In this document: positions 62,291-64,000 of the stretch, piece after piece
How the letters are laid out: each line of letters opens with the position of its first letter
How positions within the stretch are numbered: the first letter of the stretch is position 1
Origin: Bifidobacterium breve
GTDB taxonomy: Bacteria > Myxococcota_A > UBA796 > SXON01
NCBI GenBank assembly: GCA_943328795.2
Contig: CALQBK020000002.1
Location: 2,513-66,512 of the forward strand
Length of the DNA: 64,000 nt
Reading direction: 5' to 3'
Position numbers and translations under genes: made by a program
The notes under the pieces: model-generated
The model's input: the letters and a program-made list of their open reading frames with translations, nothing else
Database searches by the model: none
Told to the model about the DNA's origin: nothing

Positions 62291-63331
62291 CTAGGGATGG
62301 GCCTTCCGGTAGGTGGCGATCCCGGCGACGATCTGGGCGTACAGCGCCTTCTCGCCGGCGCTCGCGCGCGACATGTAGGCATCGCGCGCGGCCTTCGCCG
62401 GCGCGTCGAAAGTAGCCAGCTCGGCCGCCGTCGGCGTGTAGACAGTGATGTGCATCGCGGCCAGGTTCTCCAGCAAGAACGGCTGCATCGCGCGGATCTC
62501 CTTCCGCATCCGCTGCATCAGGCCCGTGCGCGGGCTCAAGACCTGCGCCTGCAGATCGGCCGGCAAGCTGTCGTAGAACGCCTTGTTGAAGACGATCGCC
62601 GCCGGCTGGTAGATGTGGTTCGTGAGCGTGAAGTACTTGGTCGCGCTCGTCCACTGCGCGGCGGTCGCGTAGAGCACCGTGTTGTCGTACCCGTCCACGA
62701 CGCCGGTCTGGAGCGAGGTGAGCACCTCGGTCGTCGGGATGGGCACGGGGGACGCGCCGAATTGCTTGTACATCTCCAGGTGCACGGCGCTCTCCTGGGA
62801 GCGGATCTTGTGCCCCTTGAGGTCGGCCGGGGAGTGGATGCTGCCGTACCGCGTGCCGAACGAGCGGTAGCCGTTCTCGCTCCAGAACCCGAGCACGAGA
62901 CCGCGGTCCTTGAAGGCCTTCTCGACCGTCGCCAGGATCACGTTGTCCAGCACGTAGTCGGCCTCGTCGGCGGTCTTGAACAAGAACGGCAGCTCGAGCA
63001 CGTTCAGCTCGGGCACGATGCTCGCCAGGGCCCCGGTGGACGCCCCGACGCCCTGGATCTGCCCGCGTTGGCAGGCTTGCACCGTCTCGTTCTCGTCCCC
63101 GAGGATGCCGCCCAGGAAGGGGCGCACCGCCACGCGGCCGCCGCTCGACGCCTCGAGCGACTTCTTGAACTCGGTCACGCCGCTCGCCCAGGGGGTGCCC
63201 TCGGGCGCGACCGACGCGATCTTCAGCGTGTACTGCGGGTCCGCCGACGCGCTGGGCACACCGAGCGCCACCAGGGCAGCGAGTCCGATGGCCAGCTGTG
63301 CGGAGGTGCGAAGGAAGGAACGACGGTTCAC
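62291..63331 (-). CDS. TRAP transporter substrate-binding protein (DctP family) with Tat-type signal
   Basis: VNRRSFLRTSAQLAIGLAALVALGVPSASA. DctP blocks LKIASVAPEGTPW, FLGGILGDENE, LELPFLF. GGAG upstream of GTG 63331. No DctQ/M gene adjacent. Confidence 0.88.
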   Translation of the reverse strand: MNRRSFLRTSAQLAIGLAALVALGVPSASADPQYTLKIASVAPEGTPWASGVTEFKKSLEASSGGRVAVRPFLGGILGDENETVQACQRGQIQGVGASTGALASIVPELNVLELPFLFKTADEADYVLDNVILATVEKAFKDRGLVLGFWSENGYRSFGTRYGSIHSPADLKGHKIRSQESAVHLEMYKQFGASPVPIPTTEVLTSLQTGVVDGYDNTVLYATAAQWTSATKYFTLTNHIYQPAAIVFNKAFYDSLPADLQAQVLSPRTGLMQRMRKEIRAMQPFLLENLAAMHITVYTPTAAELATFDAPAKAARDAYMSRASAGEKALYAQIVAGIATYRKAHP

Positions 63332-63505
63332 GGGAGCTCCAGGTAGGCGGCTCCTACTGCGCCGTGGAAAACCTGACCACACCCCCTTGACGGTGACGGG
63401 GTGACGGCTGTCCGACGGGGTGTCGGACGCCCGTCGGTCAGGCGTGGAACTCCCGGCGTTTGTCCGTCGTGGAGGTCGGGCACGGGGCGTGCTGGGGGCC
63501 GCGGC

Positions 63506-64000
63506 ATGTTGCCCCTGCTGCTCGCTTGCGCCTCCTCCCTACCGGGAGCCGCCCCATCAACCCCCCTCGTGTACCAGCTCGACGTCGCCAGCTTCCAGGA
63601 CAGCGACGGGGACGGGATCGGAGACGTCCAGGGGGTGCGGTGGCACCTCCAGCACATCCGGAGCCTGGGCGCGCGCACCGTGCAGCTGCTCCCGCTGGAG
63701 CCCGGCGCGGACGCCGGCCGACTCGTCCCCTCGGGCACGGGGCTCGACCCCGCGCTCGGCACGCTGGACGACCTCGAACTGCTGGCGACGGACCTGCACG
63801 AAGCCGGGATGCGGCTCGAGGTGCAGGTGCCCTTGCTGGCCATCGGGCGGCAGCACGCGTGGTTCCGCGAGGCGCTGGAGGGGGCCGGCCGAGTGCAGCT
63901 CCGCGGGCACGGCGGGGACGGCTGGTATCCGACCGGCGAGGGGCGCTACTACTACGCAACGGGCGGGGTGATCGCGCCCGATCTCGACTGGGCCGACCCA
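63506..64000 (+). CDS. GH13 alpha-amylase family lipoprotein, 3' end outside window (not in the supplied ORF track)
   Basis: My translation from ATG 63506: MLPLLLACASS...LVYQLDVASFQDSDGDGIGDVQGVRWHLQHIRSLGARTVQLLPLE... This is the classic GH13 N-terminal block. The frame stays open to the window end. Confidence 0.8.
   Translation, partial: MLPLLLACASSLPGAAPSTPLVYQLDVASFQDSDGDGIGDVQGVRWHLQHIRSLGARTVQLLPLEPGADAGRLVPSGTGLDPALGTLDDLELLATDLHEAGMRLEVQVPLLAIGRQHAWFREALEGAGRVQLRGHGGDGWYPTGEGRYYYATGGVIAPDLDWADP

Noticed and set aside
63412-63437. CCGACGGG...CCCGTCGG hairpin (with an inner GTCGG arm) in the divergent TRAP-SBP/GH13 promoter region
   Set aside because: It could be an operator, but 8-bp GC-rich stems arise easily in this composition. 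I found no second copy and no adjacent regulator gene, so the evidence is too weak to call.

Overview
Very GC-rich bacterial chromosomal window. Third codon positions are almost all G/C, so long spurious antisense ORFs are common. Gene content suggests a Myxococcota/deltaproteobacterial-type genome (inference only). I found no rRNA, tRNA, CRISPR array, transposase or integrase.

Contents in order:
- ATP synthase genes b'-b-delta-alpha-gamma-beta-epsilon.
- A PAS-GGDEF cyclase, asnS, dprA with a coupled small ORF, and a Tat-signal Fe-SOD.
- Several hypothetical secreted or lipoproteins, and a double-hotdog MaoC hydratase.
- An SPFH/GYF protein next to a pseudo-receiver-GAF-GGDEF protein that carries a perfect 42-bp in-frame duplication.
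- fadN-fadA behind a TGAATGA-N4-TCATTCA palindrome.
- A translationally coupled DegT aminotransferase plus two radical-SAM/SPASM genes.
- An SDR/TrmH/UPF0104/fatty-acid-hydroxylase string, a deoxynucleoside kinase and a large M16 peptidase.
- Two paralogous ABC-ATPase/ABC-2 permease/GldG-like/DUF4340 operons.
- A minus-strand run of GH31, lysyl oxidase, a Cys-rich/repeat/TPR protein, a beta-barrel-like protein and an M14 carboxypeptidase.
- A porin-like gene followed by a tetraheme cytochrome.
- An OMP/ZnuA-like/ZnuB-like metal uptake set with no ATPase gene.
- rimI, an orphan TRAP binding protein and a 3'-partial GH13 gene.

Most notable finding: the last gene of the second ABC operon (55088-56611, minus) is one reading frame interrupted by a single TGA. 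The TGA sits right after Cys-Gly. It joins a perfect lipoprotein signal peptide to the body of a tetraheme protein. A stem-loop follows whose GGUCUGC apex lies at the same distance from UGA as I recall for the E. coli fdhF SECIS. That makes it a candidate selenocysteine (C-G-U) protein; the alternative is a one-base nonsense pseudogene.

Other leads are the lysyl-oxidase operon, the DegT/2x radical-SAM cluster, and two short intergenic repeat families.
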